Under the pieces are notes generated by a model, which worked only from the letters and a program-made list of their open reading frames with translations, ran no database searches and was not told the DNA's origin. From the NCBI GenBank assembly GCA_002007295.1, contig LNZM01000156.1:11730-75729 (forward strand): a stretch of DNA of 64,000 nucleotides. Direction: 5' to 3'. Within the stretch, counting starts at the first letter, position 1. Every line of letters begins with the position of its first letter. The position numbers and the translations under genes are program-made. This document shows, one piece after another, positions 50,532 to 59,766 of this stretch. The DNA is from Candidatus Epulonipiscioides saccharophilum (GTDB lineage Bacteria; Bacillota; Clostridia; Lachnospirales; Cellulosilyticaceae).

Positions 50532-50572
50532 TGTTCTTTGTAATTATATAATTAATTCATGGAGGTACAATT

Positions 50573-51601
50573 ATGACAACTTATTTAGAAAAAGTCAAAT
50601 CTTTATTGCCCGGCTTTTTAGCAGCTTTTATTATTGCTATGCTAGCCAAATTTTTGGAAGAAGCAATGCCCATTCACCTTATTGGTGCATCAGTTCTTGC
50701 TATTTTTATTGGAATGATTTTAAATTCTATTTATAAACCAGCCATATTAAATAGTGGACTCAAATTTACGTCTAAGAAAATTTTAAAAATTGCTATTATT
50801 TTGTTAGGTGCTTCTCTAAGCATACAAACTATTTTAGAAGTTGGAAAATTATCCTTAATCGTAATGTGTGCAACACTCTTAACATGCTTTGGTGGTGGAT
50901 ATTTTGTTGGAAAAGCACTCGGTTTAAACTGGAAATTATCCAACCTTATTTCTGCTGGAACTGGTATTTGTGGTGGATCTGCTATCGCTGCTATAGCACC
51001 GGTCATCGATGCGGAAGACACCGATATTGCTTACGCGATGTCCGCAACCTTTTTATTCGATATGGCAATGATAATATTATTTCCATTTATGGGTCATGCA
51101 CTCGGCCTAAGCGATATGGCCTATGGCTTATGGGCCGGGACCGCTGTTAACGATACTTCTAGCGTTGTGGCTGCTGGCTATGCTTATAGCGAAGCAGCGG
51201 GCGACTTTGCTACTATGGTTAAGTTAACAAGAACGTTATCAATTATTCCAACTGTTTTAGTTTTTGCATACATAAATGCGAAGCTCAAGCAAAAGGCTAC
51301 TAACAACGAATCAATAACTACTAAAAAAATAAATTTCAACAGTTTATTTCCATATTTTATTGTAGGATTTTTACTTCTTTCTGCTATAAACAGTTTAGGA
51401 TGGATACCTGTATCTCTTTCTGAAACTTTAAAAGAATTGAGTAAATTTTTAATGGTAATGGCCCTAGGAGCCATTGGATATAATACTAGCTTCAAAGAAA
51501 TGAAAAAATCCGGAATTTCGCCTATGATACATGGTTTTATAATTTCTGCGCTAGTTGTTATCGTGGCCATCGGAGTCGAATATTTAATGGGTATGGTCTA
51601 A
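50573..51601 (+). CDS. YeiH family (UPF0324) putative sulfate exporter
   Basis: LGASL, GTGICGGSAIAA, GTAVNDTSSVVA, VKLTR. Confidence 0.92.
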   Translation: MTTYLEKVKSLLPGFLAAFIIAMLAKFLEEAMPIHLIGASVLAIFIGMILNSIYKPAILNSGLKFTSKKILKIAIILLGASLSIQTILEVGKLSLIVMCATLLTCFGGGYFVGKALGLNWKLSNLISAGTGICGGSAIAAIAPVIDAEDTDIAYAMSATFLFDMAMIILFPFMGHALGLSDMAYGLWAGTAVNDTSSVVAAGYAYSEAAGDFATMVKLTRTLSIIPTVLVFAYINAKLKQKATNNESITTKKINFNSLFPYFIVGFLLLSAINSLGWIPVSLSETLKELSKFLMVMALGAIGYNTSFKEMKKSGISPMIHGFIISALVVIVAIGVEYLMGMV

Positions 51602-52240
51602 AATATTTATACCTCCACTAATCAATATAATAAAAGTGGAGGCTTTTTTTATGTGGCTAATCGAATATTTAATGGATGTGCTTTAAAATATTTATACCTC
51701 CACTAATCAATATAATAAAAGTAGAGACTTTTTTATGTAGCTAATCGAATATTTAATTGGTATGCTCCAAAATATTTATACTTCCGCTAATCTGAAAGTG
51801 GAGACTTTTTTTATGTGGCTAATCGAATATTTAATGGGTATGCTCCAAAATATTTATACCTCCACTAATCAATATAATAAAAGTGGATGCTTTTTTTATA
51901 TGGCTAATCGAATATTTAATAGATGTGCTCCAAAATATTTATACCTCAACTAATCAATATAATAAAAGTGGAGACTTTTTTTATGTGGCTACTCGAATAT
52001 TTAATGGGTATGCTCCAAAATATTTATACCTCCACTAATCAATATAATAAAAGTGGAGGCTTTTTTTATGTGGCTAATCGAATATTTAATAGATGTGCTC
52101 CAAAATATTTATACCTTCACTAATCTAAAAGTGAAGACTTTTTTTATGTGGCTAATCGAATATTTAATGGATATGCTTTAAAATCTTTCTATCTCCACTA
52201 ATCAATATAATAAAAGTGGAGACTTTTGTTATGTTGCTAA
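51576..52240 (+). repeat. Eight tandem 78-85-bp copies of the yeiH stop region plus terminator
   Basis: Units at 51576, 51661, 51745, 51823, 51908, 51993, 52078, 52156; each has a CTCCACT..AGTGGAG-type hairpin and T tract. Confidence 0.97.
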
Positions 52241-53899
52241 TTATATAACTAAAAAACTATTTTGAAAATCTAACTTGCCAAAACCTTCTACATTACTTGG
52301 ATAAGTTATTCCCGGACTTCTGCTACCTCCACGAGCCAAAATTTCTTTTGCTACTCTCGTATTAATAGTCGGCATATTTGCTTCTACTATACTCCACTCC
52401 AACAAAAGTGCGCACGCACCAGCTGTTATGGCGGCCCCCACACTTGTCCCTGTATATGTAGACTGAACATCGTTAATCATTGGCCCACTAACAGCTATAC
52501 TCGGTGCTATTATATCCGGCTTGGTTATATTATGTCTCGTAGGCCCTCTACCCGATGCTGCGTATAAACTCTTATCTATCTCGTCATATCCTCCTACAAC
52601 TATAGAATAAATTCCAGTAGCTGGTACACAAACTGTTGTTTCTAAATTCGGTTCGGAAAACCTTGTATTGGCTTCTACAAATCCTGTCCTTGGAATCCAC
52701 ATATCAAAAGTCCCATCTATTATATAATCTCCATAAATATCTATATGCCAAATTCCTGGAATTGGATCTTTTAAGGATATCCTTATAGATTCTCCGCCCG
52801 TATTTGATTCCGGATACTTATATTCTACCGTTACCTTACTCTTTTGCAAACTAAAAGTAAATTCTTCTCTCTTATACGGTTTTAATGGGACTCTTTCTAC
52901 TACTTGCCCAATTGGCGTTCTAATTCCTACACTCATCTTATCAACATTTCGTGTCCATAATGATAAATCAAAACCATTTTCATCCTTAGCCACGTTTATT
53001 TCTACACCACGTTTTTCGCCTTCAGTGACCGTATTTTTATAATGATGCCCTGAGTTGCCCTCGTTCCCAGCAGCTACAACTACGATTATTCCGGGTACTA
53101 AAGTTAATGATTGTATATACCTTTCTATTATATTTGTACCATCGTGGCCTCCAAAATTATTTCCTACTGTTATACATATAACCAGTGGCTTTTCTAATTC
53201 CGTCGCTTTCTTGACTAAATAACTTATTGCTGTCAATATTGACCCATCGCTATATGCTGTAATAGATTCCTTTACATAAAAAATATCCTTTAAACTTTGT
53301 GGCGCTGGTCTCAGCTTTACTATAACTAAATCACTGTCCGGTGCTGCACCAATATATCCGGTATCGCCTATTCTATCACTTCCCGCAGCTAATCCGGCTA
53401 TGTAGGTTCCATGGCCCACATCATCTTTTGTAGCTATCACACTTAACGGATCATCTGCTTTTAACGCTTTATTTAATTCTTCTCTAGAAAATTCGGCTCC
53501 AAATCCAAAGTCAAACGGTGCCTTACCCTCTAAGGTTTGATCCCAAATGCTTAAAATTCTCGTAGTTCCATCCTCATATTTGAACACATCATTCGTATAA
53601 TCTATTCCAGTATCTAAAAATCCTATTAAAACTCCATTCCCTCTTAACTGTCCATATGGATAATTGTGAAAAATTAAAATACCCGCTTCTTGTAATGACT
53701 CCTCGGAATTTAATCCGTATAAATAAGAATTTTGAATATATGCTGACTTTTTTGTTAATAGATCCAAATCCGATTGTCCATCTACAGGAACTTCGACTAT
53801 ATATATTGCATTGTCAATGTGCCTAAAAATTAATTTTGGATATTTTTTGCGAAGTTCTTCTAAATTTTTAAAGTCTTCTATTATATATTCACTGAACAA
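52241..53899 (-). CDS. S8 subtilase, Csp family
   Basis: GFLDTGID, GHGT, AAGNEG, GTSVGAA triad; GFG tail. Confidence 0.88.
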   Translation of the reverse strand: MFSEYIIEDFKNLEELRKKYPKLIFRHIDNAIYIVEVPVDGQSDLDLLTKKSAYIQNSYLYGLNSEESLQEAGILIFHNYPYGQLRGNGVLIGFLDTGIDYTNDVFKYEDGTTRILSIWDQTLEGKAPFDFGFGAEFSREELNKALKADDPLSVIATKDDVGHGTYIAGLAAGSDRIGDTGYIGAAPDSDLVIVKLRPAPQSLKDIFYVKESITAYSDGSILTAISYLVKKATELEKPLVICITVGNNFGGHDGTNIIERYIQSLTLVPGIIVVVAAGNEGNSGHHYKNTVTEGEKRGVEINVAKDENGFDLSLWTRNVDKMSVGIRTPIGQVVERVPLKPYKREEFTFSLQKSKVTVEYKYPESNTGGESIRISLKDPIPGIWHIDIYGDYIIDGTFDMWIPRTGFVEANTRFSEPNLETTVCVPATGIYSIVVGGYDEIDKSLYAASGRGPTRHNITKPDIIAPSIAVSGPMINDVQSTYTGTSVGAAITAGACALLLEWSIVEANMPTINTRVAKEILARGGSRSPGITYPSNVEGFGKLDFQNSFLVI

Positions 53900-54050
53900 A
53901 TTATCGCCACCTTTTCTACGTTTATATCAATTTTATGATTTTTTAGATTGTTTTAGACTCCAAACACATGCCTTTAATTTTGTTGTTTACAAATATTCGG
54001 TATTAGTTTAGAATAAAATCAAATACTAATACCCAGAAAGGAAATACTTA

Positions 54051-55730
54051 ATGAAAAAATTTGCTAAATATCTACTAATTATATGCTTACTAAATTATTC
54101 TACTTATCAATCTTTCGGCATAGATAACCTTATTTTAAATAATACAGAAATACTAATAGAAGCAGAAAATGCTCCTCTTATAACCGCCGAAGGATACATA
54201 TTATTACCCATTGCTGAAATCGGTTCTTTACTCAATATTTCGGTTACAAAAAATTTATCTGGCCTAACAGCAAATGGACAGAATATCAATACGAAAGAGC
54301 CAATCACTATAAATGTTGATATATACACAGGAAACGTTACCAATACTGATGATTCGATCCTTTTAGAAAAGGCCTGCGTTATTTATAACAGCCGTGTGTA
54401 TGCTCCACTGAATTTATTTACAGAAATATTTGGATATGAAACAGAATATATCGACGAAACAATATACATTCAAAGTACTCCATTAAATCTGGACAAGCTA
54501 AAAACAACCACAGATTTAGCTACCGAATTAACGGAGACCGACCTAGAAACTACTTTAAGTAATCAAGATTCAGCTACAGAATTATCAGCGACCGACCTAG
54601 AAACTACTTTAAGCAATCAAGATTCAACTGCAGAATTAACGGCGACCAACCTAGAAACTGCTTTAAGTAATCAAAATTCAGCTACAGAATTAACGGCGAT
54701 CGACCTAGAAACTACTTTAAGCAATCCAGATTCAACTGCAAAATTAGCGGCGACCAACCTAGAAACTGCTTTAAGTAATCAAGATTCAGCTACCGAATTA
54801 TCAGCGAACAACCTAGAAACTACTTCAAACAATCACAATTCCGCTACAGAATTAACGACGACCAACCTAGAAACTGCTTTAAGTAATCAAGATTCAGCTA
54901 CCGAATTATCAGCGACCAACCTAGAAACTACTTCAAACAATCACAATTCCGCTACAGAATTAACGGCGCCCGATCTAGAAACTACTTTAAGCAATCAAGA
55001 TTCAACTGTAGAATTAACTGCGCCCGATCTAGAAACTACTTTAAACAATCAAGATTTAGATACTGAATTAACAGCGACCGACTTAAAAACTACTTTAAGC
55101 AAGCAAGGTCCAGTTACAGAATTAAAGTTGGCCAACCTAAAAGCTACTTTAAGCGCAGATTTTATCCAGAAATATTCAACTACAGAATTAAAGACTGCCA
55201 ATCTAGAAACTACTTTAAGCAATCAAGATTCAGCTCCAGAATTAACGGCGCCTGATCTAGAAATTACTTTAAGCAATCAAGATTCAGTTGCAGAATTAAC
55301 AGAGGACGAGCTAAAAACTACTTTAAGCATTCCTAATCAATCCATTACTTCGATCATAGCAGAAACTTTTTTATTGGTTAATCAATATCGTATTGCCTTT
55401 GGCATTGAGCCTTTATTATTAAATCCTGAATTAACGTCTTTAGCACAACTTAGATCGGATGATATGTATAATTTCAATTATTATTCGTACGATAGTCCAA
55501 CCTACGGTATGCCTTTAGAAATGCTAGATACATATGATATCTCTTACAATATAGCTGGGATCAATATCGCTAAAGGTCAAACCTCATCCACTGAAGTTAT
55601 GACAGCTTGGATGAGTAGTTCCGGCCATAGCCAAAATATTCTATCTAGTTCCTATACGGAAATTGGTATCGGTTACAATCCAATCGGAAAATGTTGGACT
55701 CAAATATTCTTAAAGCCACAAATTCAATAA
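54051..55730 (+). CDS. Secreted protein: copper-amine-oxidase-N-like domain, 15 x 18-aa repeats, C-terminal CAP/SCP domain
   Basis: Signal peptide; YILLPI/VYAPL segments; repeat ATELTATDLETTLSNQDS; LVNQYR..SPTYG..WMSSSGHSQNIL. Confidence 0.85.
   Translation: MKKFAKYLLIICLLNYSTYQSFGIDNLILNNTEILIEAENAPLITAEGYILLPIAEIGSLLNISVTKNLSGLTANGQNINTKEPITINVDIYTGNVTNTDDSILLEKACVIYNSRVYAPLNLFTEIFGYETEYIDETIYIQSTPLNLDKLKTTTDLATELTETDLETTLSNQDSATELSATDLETTLSNQDSTAELTATNLETALSNQNSATELTAIDLETTLSNPDSTAKLAATNLETALSNQDSATELSANNLETTSNNHNSATELTTTNLETALSNQDSATELSATNLETTSNNHNSATELTAPDLETTLSNQDSTVELTAPDLETTLNNQDLDTELTATDLKTTLSKQGPVTELKLANLKATLSADFIQKYSTTELKTANLETTLSNQDSAPELTAPDLEITLSNQDSVAELTEDELKTTLSIPNQSITSIIAETFLLVNQYRIAFGIEPLLLNPELTSLAQLRSDDMYNFNYYSYDSPTYGMPLEMLDTYDISYNIAGINIAKGQTSSTEVMTAWMSSSGHSQNILSSSYTEIGIGYNPIGKCWTQIFLKPQIQ
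54519..55328 (+). repeat. In-frame 54-bp coding tandem repeat, about 15 copies
   Basis: 18-aa Thr/Ser/acidic unit counted in the translation. Confidence 0.93.
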
Positions 55731-55753
55731 CAGAATATCCGGATAAATTAACA

Positions 55754-55782
55754 TTGCATTTTCATTAGAAATCCATTATAAT
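55754..55782 (+). promoter_or_regulatory. SigA-type promoter for the TIGR03905 gene
   Basis: TTGCAT-17 nt-TATAAT. Confidence 0.65.
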
Positions 55783-55823
55783 ATTAAGCATAATTTTAAA
55801 ATTAGAAAGAAGAGGTGTACTTT

Positions 55824-56069
55824 ATGAATACTTTTAAAACATCCGGTGTTTGTGCACAAGAAATAAAGTTCGATATAAAAGATAATAAAATCCAGGAAAT
55901 AGAATTTGTAAAAGGTTGTCCAGGAAACACTATGGGCCTTGCTCACTTACTTATCGGCATGACCGTAGATGATGCTATAGCTCGACTTAAGGGCATAGAT
56001 TGCCGTGGCCGTGGAACTTCTTGTCCCGATCAATTGGCTATAGCATTAGAACAATTAGCAACAAAATAA
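55824..56069 (+). CDS. TIGR03905 family TSCPD-domain protein
   Basis: GVCAQEI, FVKGCPGN, LKGIDC..RGTSCPDQLA; start ATG 55824 behind GAGGTG. Confidence 0.9.
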   Translation: MNTFKTSGVCAQEIKFDIKDNKIQEIEFVKGCPGNTMGLAHLLIGMTVDDAIARLKGIDCRGRGTSCPDQLAIALEQLATK

Positions 56070-56127
56070 TTTTAGGCCATGAAATATCTTGTCCCGATCA
56101 ATTGACTATAGAACTAGAATAATTAGT
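56019..56127 (+). repeat. Echo of the TIGR03905 3' end, offset 68 nt
   Basis: TCTTGTCCCGATCAATTG.. at 56019 and 56087. Confidence 0.88.
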
Positions 56128-56166
56128 ATTGATATTACGTCTAAAGGCGTGGGGAGTGTCCAATAA

Positions 56167-56196
56167 AAATACCCGCTCAAAAATATGAGCGGGTGA
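56167..56196. terminator. Hairpin terminator
   Basis: ACCCGCTCA-AAAATA-TGAGCGGGT. Confidence 0.7.
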
Positions 56197-56217
56197 TTTG
56201 ATAGTTTCCACATCTAA

Positions 56218-56261
56218 CTCCTTCCGTCAGCTTCGCTACCACCTCCCTCAAAGAGGGAGAC
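56218..56261. repeat. REP-like element (degenerate family member)
   Basis: CCGTCAGCTTCGCT..CTCCCTCAAAGAGGGAG, same two-hairpin layout as 9218-9261. Confidence 0.65.
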
Positions 56262-56354
56262 AATGTTCTGTAAATTGAGAGATACTGAGGATGGAATTAA
56301 ATTTAGCCTGATATTTTTAATTTGAAAAAAATCCTCAAAAGATGATTTAGAATG

Positions 56355-56490
56355 AAAACTTCCCTTAAACAACGAACACCTGCCCTTGTACTAGAAGGGG
56401 TTACCAGGTATTTGCTGTTTCATCTTTTCTAATATCTCTTATTTAGAGTATAACCAACAAAAAGAGATCTAACCATCTTGTGGAAAAATT
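56355..56490 (-). ncRNA. Candidate 6S RNA
   Basis: Minus strand folds by eye as a long interrupted hairpin (TTGTTGGTT/AACAGCAA inner stem, CCCTT/AAGGG hairpin in the 3' bubble, GGTGTTCGTTG near the 3' end); boundaries approximate. Confidence 0.45.
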
Positions 56491-56602
56491 TTATGCTGTT
56501 ATATTTACAAAAAGACATTTATGATAGACTTTAATTAGTCTACTTTTTTTTTGTCCTTTTATATACTATATTATAAATTATTTTAAAGAAGAGGGAACCT
56601 TT

Positions 56603-57778
56603 ATGAAAATCATAATACAAAAATTTGGCGGAACATCTGTGGCTACTGAACAGTCACGCTTATGTGTAATAGCAAAAATATTAAATGCAATCAAATCCGA
56701 CTTTACTCCAATAGTTGTTGTATCAGCCATGGGTCGGTTGGGATCACCTTATGCTACCGATACTTTATTAAATTTCGTAGAAGAAGCTGCCGGAAAAATG
56801 ACTCTTCATGAAACTGATATGCTATTATCTTGCGGCGAATTAATTTCCGCCGTAACTATTGCTACCATGTTAAACAATCAAGGTATCCAATCTCAAGCCT
56901 TTACCGGCGGTCAAGCTGGCATAATAACCGATAACAATCATACAGAAGCTGAACTACTGCGCACAAAACCCAAAAAACTTTTGGAAGCATTAGACAATGG
57001 TATCATTCCAATAGTAGCCGGATTTCAGGGAATCACCATTAATGGTGAAATTACAACTTTGGGCCGAGGCGGTAGTGATACCTCAGCATCAATAATTGGC
57101 GTTAGCGTTCAAGCAGAACGAATTGAAATTTACACTGACGTTGACGGCATCATGACAGCTGACCCAAGAGTATGCAGTAGAGTACACAAAGTAAATAAAT
57201 TAAGTTACAATGAAGTCTTTCAAATGGCTGACTCTGGGGCCAAAGTAATCCATCCCAGAGCTGTTGAATATGCCATGCGCTCGGACATACCATTAATCAT
57301 AAAAAATACATTTTCAGACGACGAAGGTAGCGCAATCATGCGAAGCACTTTTAATTTCATTCACAAAATGGTTACTGCTATAGTCCATCGCTTAGATAGA
57401 GTCCAATACAGTTTAGAACATTCTTCTGTCCGATTATTAGCGGCCATAGCAAACAAAAACATAAGCATAGATTTAATAAATATATTTCCGAATAGGATAT
57501 TGTTTACAATAGACAGTAAAAATCAAATAAAATTAGAAGAGTTACTAAAAGAAGAAAATTGCCAATTTAGCAAAATCGACAACTGTGCTAAAGTAACCGT
57601 AGTGGGCGAATCCATAACCGGTGTCCCTGGAATCATGGCTCGAATAGCTACAACATTGGCCAAGCAAGATATAAGAATACTTCAAACAGCCGATTCTCTT
57701 ACAACTATTAGTTGTTTAATTAAGGAAGAGGAGCTTCCTCGGGCCATTAATTCTCTTCATGAAGAATTCGATTTATAA
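56603..57778 (+). CDS. dapG: Aspartate kinase (DapG-type)
   Basis: QKFGGTSV, VVSAMGR, TLGRGGSD, YTDVDGIMTADPR; ACT tail; dapG..tepA-ylzJ synteny. Confidence 0.9.
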   Translation: MKIIIQKFGGTSVATEQSRLCVIAKILNAIKSDFTPIVVVSAMGRLGSPYATDTLLNFVEEAAGKMTLHETDMLLSCGELISAVTIATMLNNQGIQSQAFTGGQAGIITDNNHTEAELLRTKPKKLLEALDNGIIPIVAGFQGITINGEITTLGRGGSDTSASIIGVSVQAERIEIYTDVDGIMTADPRVCSRVHKVNKLSYNEVFQMADSGAKVIHPRAVEYAMRSDIPLIIKNTFSDDEGSAIMRSTFNFIHKMVTAIVHRLDRVQYSLEHSSVRLLAAIANKNISIDLINIFPNRILFTIDSKNQIKLEELLKEENCQFSKIDNCAKVTVVGESITGVPGIMARIATTLAKQDIRILQTADSLTTISCLIKEEELPRAINSLHEEFDL

Positions 57779-57952
57779 GCCACAAGATGATACGGGACGA
57801 CAACTCCATAAGAACCCCTCAGTCAGCTCCATTGACCAACCACTTAGATATAAATTATCTTCATGAAGCATTCGATTTTTAAGATAATATCTGAAAACTT
57901 ATGTTTTAATTAAGGAAGATTAACTTCCTCGAGCCATTAATCGATTTATAAA
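57713..57952 (+). repeat. Two partial echoes of the dapG 3' end, with a REP-like fragment (57780-57852) between the gene and the echoes
   Basis: TCTTCATGAAG.ATTCGATTT recurs near 57857; TTAATTAAGGAAGA..CTTCCTCG.GCCATTAA recurs near 57905. Confidence 0.85.
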
Positions 57953-58018
57953 ATAATGGCTGAAAATTTATATATTTTTTTGAAATAAAGCTCTTTTTTA
58001 TGCAAATTCATTCCTGAT

Positions 58019-58048
58019 GTATGAATTGTTATGTTTTTCTGCATACTA
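58019..58048 (+). promoter_or_regulatory. SigG-like forespore promoter upstream of tepA
   Basis: GTATG-18 nt-CATACTA, matching the GnATR-N18-CATnnTA consensus. Confidence 0.55.
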
Positions 58049-58076
58049 ATTAAAATAGATAAAAAGGAGATTGCAC

Positions 58077-58781
58077 ATGCTTATGGATGAAAAACAGCCT
58101 TTTAATAGTACACAAGAACCTAATCAACAACAAAAAAATCAATCTAATCCACATCCAAATCAGCAAGGAGCAGCACCGCAAAAAAGTCAAATACAATGTA
58201 TCACTATTATTGGCCAAATCGAAGGCCACCAAACTATGCCTCCTCAAAACAAAACTACTAAATACGAACATCTGATTCCTCAGTTTTTCGGCTTCCTAGA
58301 AAATCCGGATGTCAAAGGTCTTCTTATTGTTTTAAACACAGTCGGCGGTGACGTTGAAGCCGGCCTCGCCATTGCAGAATTAGTAGCTAGCTTCGGTAAG
58401 CCTGTTGTGTCTTTAGTACTCGGAGGAGCACATTCTATCGGTGTCCCTATTGCTGTAGCAAGTAATTATTCTTTCATCACCCCTAGCGCTACAATGACTC
58501 TTCATCCTGTTAGAATGAACGGTACAGTGTTAGGTGTTGTCCAAACTTATGAATACTTCGATCAAATGCAAGAAAGGATAGTAGAATTCGTAGCTGCTAA
58601 TTCCGAAGTTACATCTAACAGGTTTAGGCAACTTATGCTAGATGTAGGCAAAGTTGCTAAGGACATGGGTACCATATTAGTCGGCCGAGAAGCTGTAGAT
58701 GAAAAAATAATTAATGAAGTCGGCGGATTAACTGAAGCCGTTGCTAAACTTAAAAGCCTAATCGCCGAAACTAATAGTTAA
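58077..58781 (+). CDS. tepA: ClpP-like protease TepA (spore outgrowth family)
   Basis: IIGQIEGH, TTKYEHLIPQ, LNTVGGDVEAGLA, GGAHSIGVP, HPVRMNG; start ATG 58077. Confidence 0.9.
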   Translation: MLMDEKQPFNSTQEPNQQQKNQSNPHPNQQGAAPQKSQIQCITIIGQIEGHQTMPPQNKTTKYEHLIPQFFGFLENPDVKGLLIVLNTVGGDVEAGLAIAELVASFGKPVVSLVLGGAHSIGVPIAVASNYSFITPSATMTLHPVRMNGTVLGVVQTYEYFDQMQERIVEFVAANSEVTSNRFRQLMLDVGKVAKDMGTILVGREAVDEKIINEVGGLTEAVAKLKSLIAETNS

Positions 58782-58830
58782 TAATGAAGTCGACGGATTA
58801 AATAAAGCCGTTTGCAAACTTAAAAGCTTA
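58712..58830 (+). repeat. 70-bp-period echo of the tepA 3' end
   Basis: TAATGAAGTCG.CGGATTAA..AAACTTAAAAGC at 58712 and 58782. Confidence 0.9.
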
Positions 58831-58856
58831 GTTAATATTGAAGGAGGTTATTTCAT

Positions 58857-59057
58857 ATGCATTACAGTATTTTGCCCATTATTTACCCGGAAGAATCTCC
58901 AGAATATGTGGAACTTCAGTATAATGGTTGCAACGTTTTAGCCCGTGTCTCAGATGAGGGCTATATCCTAGAAAGGCTTCACAGCTATGATTATATGGAT
59001 TTCATGAATAGTGATTTCGCACCCGGAACGTTGTTAAACAGTACTTTAATTGATTAG
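58857..59057 (+). CDS. ylzJ: YlzJ-like protein
   Basis: MHYSILP, LERLHSYDYMDFMN..PG; directly after tepA; AAGGAGG RBS. Confidence 0.85.
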   Translation: MHYSILPIIYPEESPEYVELQYNGCNVLARVSDEGYILERLHSYDYMDFMNSDFAPGTLLNSTLID

Positions 59058-59270
59058 GCCCATTCCTTCCACTATATCGTGGAGGGAATATTTTTTAGAA
59101 ATTTTTCATTATATGACGGCTATATCCTAGCAAGGCTTCTTAGCTATGATTATATGGATTTCCTGAATCGTGATTTTACACCCGCAACGTTGTTAAACAG
59201 CACTTTAATTGATTAGGTCCATTCCTTCCACTATGCCATGGAGAGAATATTTTTAAAAAAATTTTCATTA
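58959..59270 (+). repeat. 159-bp-period duplication of the ylzJ 3' half plus terminator
   Basis: 58959-59111 versus 59118-59270, ungapped over the coding part. Confidence 0.95.
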
Positions 59271-59275
59271 GCTTC

Positions 59276-59304
59276 TTGACAGCTTTAAAAATTAATGGTA
59301 CAAT
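59276..59304 (+). promoter_or_regulatory. SigA promoter for tRNA-Leu and rnpB
   Basis: TTGACA-17 nt-TACAAT with extended -10 TG. Confidence 0.8.
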
Positions 59305-59340
59305 CTTCTTCAAATAAGTTTATTCGTGATAAATTTATTT

Positions 59341-59424
59341 GCGACCGTGGCGGAATTGGTATACGCGCAAGACTAAGGATCTTGTGGTCTTCAGGCCGTG
59401 GGGGTTCGAGTCCCCCCGATCGCA
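59341..59424 (+). tRNA. tRNA-Leu(AAG), class II with variable arm, CCA not encoded
   Basis: Anticodon stem CAAGA/TCTTG, loop CT-AAG-GA; T arm GGGGG-TTCGAGT-CCCCC; one C.A mismatch in the acceptor stem. Confidence 0.92.
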
Positions 59425-59427
59425 TTT

Positions 59428-59766
59428 ATAAGTAAATCAGATGGTCGCAGGTATATTTTTTTAATATACGTGAGGAACGTCCGGGCTCTATAGAGCAAAG
59501 GTGCTGGATAACACCCAGTCGAGGCGACTCGAAGGAAAGTGCAACAGAAATAGACCACCCATTTTTTTGGGAACGGATGGAAAGGCGAGGTAAAAGCTCA
59601 CCGTTTTTTAGGCGACTAAAAAAGCCATGTAAACCCCACCTAGAGCAAGACCAAAATAAGACTTAGGTTGCTCGCTAGTCTTGAGTAGGTCGCTAAAATT
59701 TTTAGGCAACTACTAATTTAGATAGATGACTGTCAAATACTGAACCCGGCGTATAGATTTGGTTAT
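59428..59766 (+). ncRNA. rnpB: RNase P RNA (type A-like)
   Basis: GAGGAACGTCCGGGCTC, GGAAAGTGCAACAGAAA, GGTAAACC-like and ACTGAACCCGGCGTA motifs; P1 and P2 pairings traced. Confidence 0.95.

Noticed and set aside
51576-52240. CRISPR array or small ORFs (51762-51953, 51923-52123)
   Set aside because: The whole unit repeats, with no spacers; the short ORFs are by-products of the repeated terminator unit.
56280-56602. Lysine riboswitch upstream of the aspartate kinase
   Set aside because: No AGAGGTGC..CTGTC..CGCT-type core; the structured segment folds better on the opposite strand.
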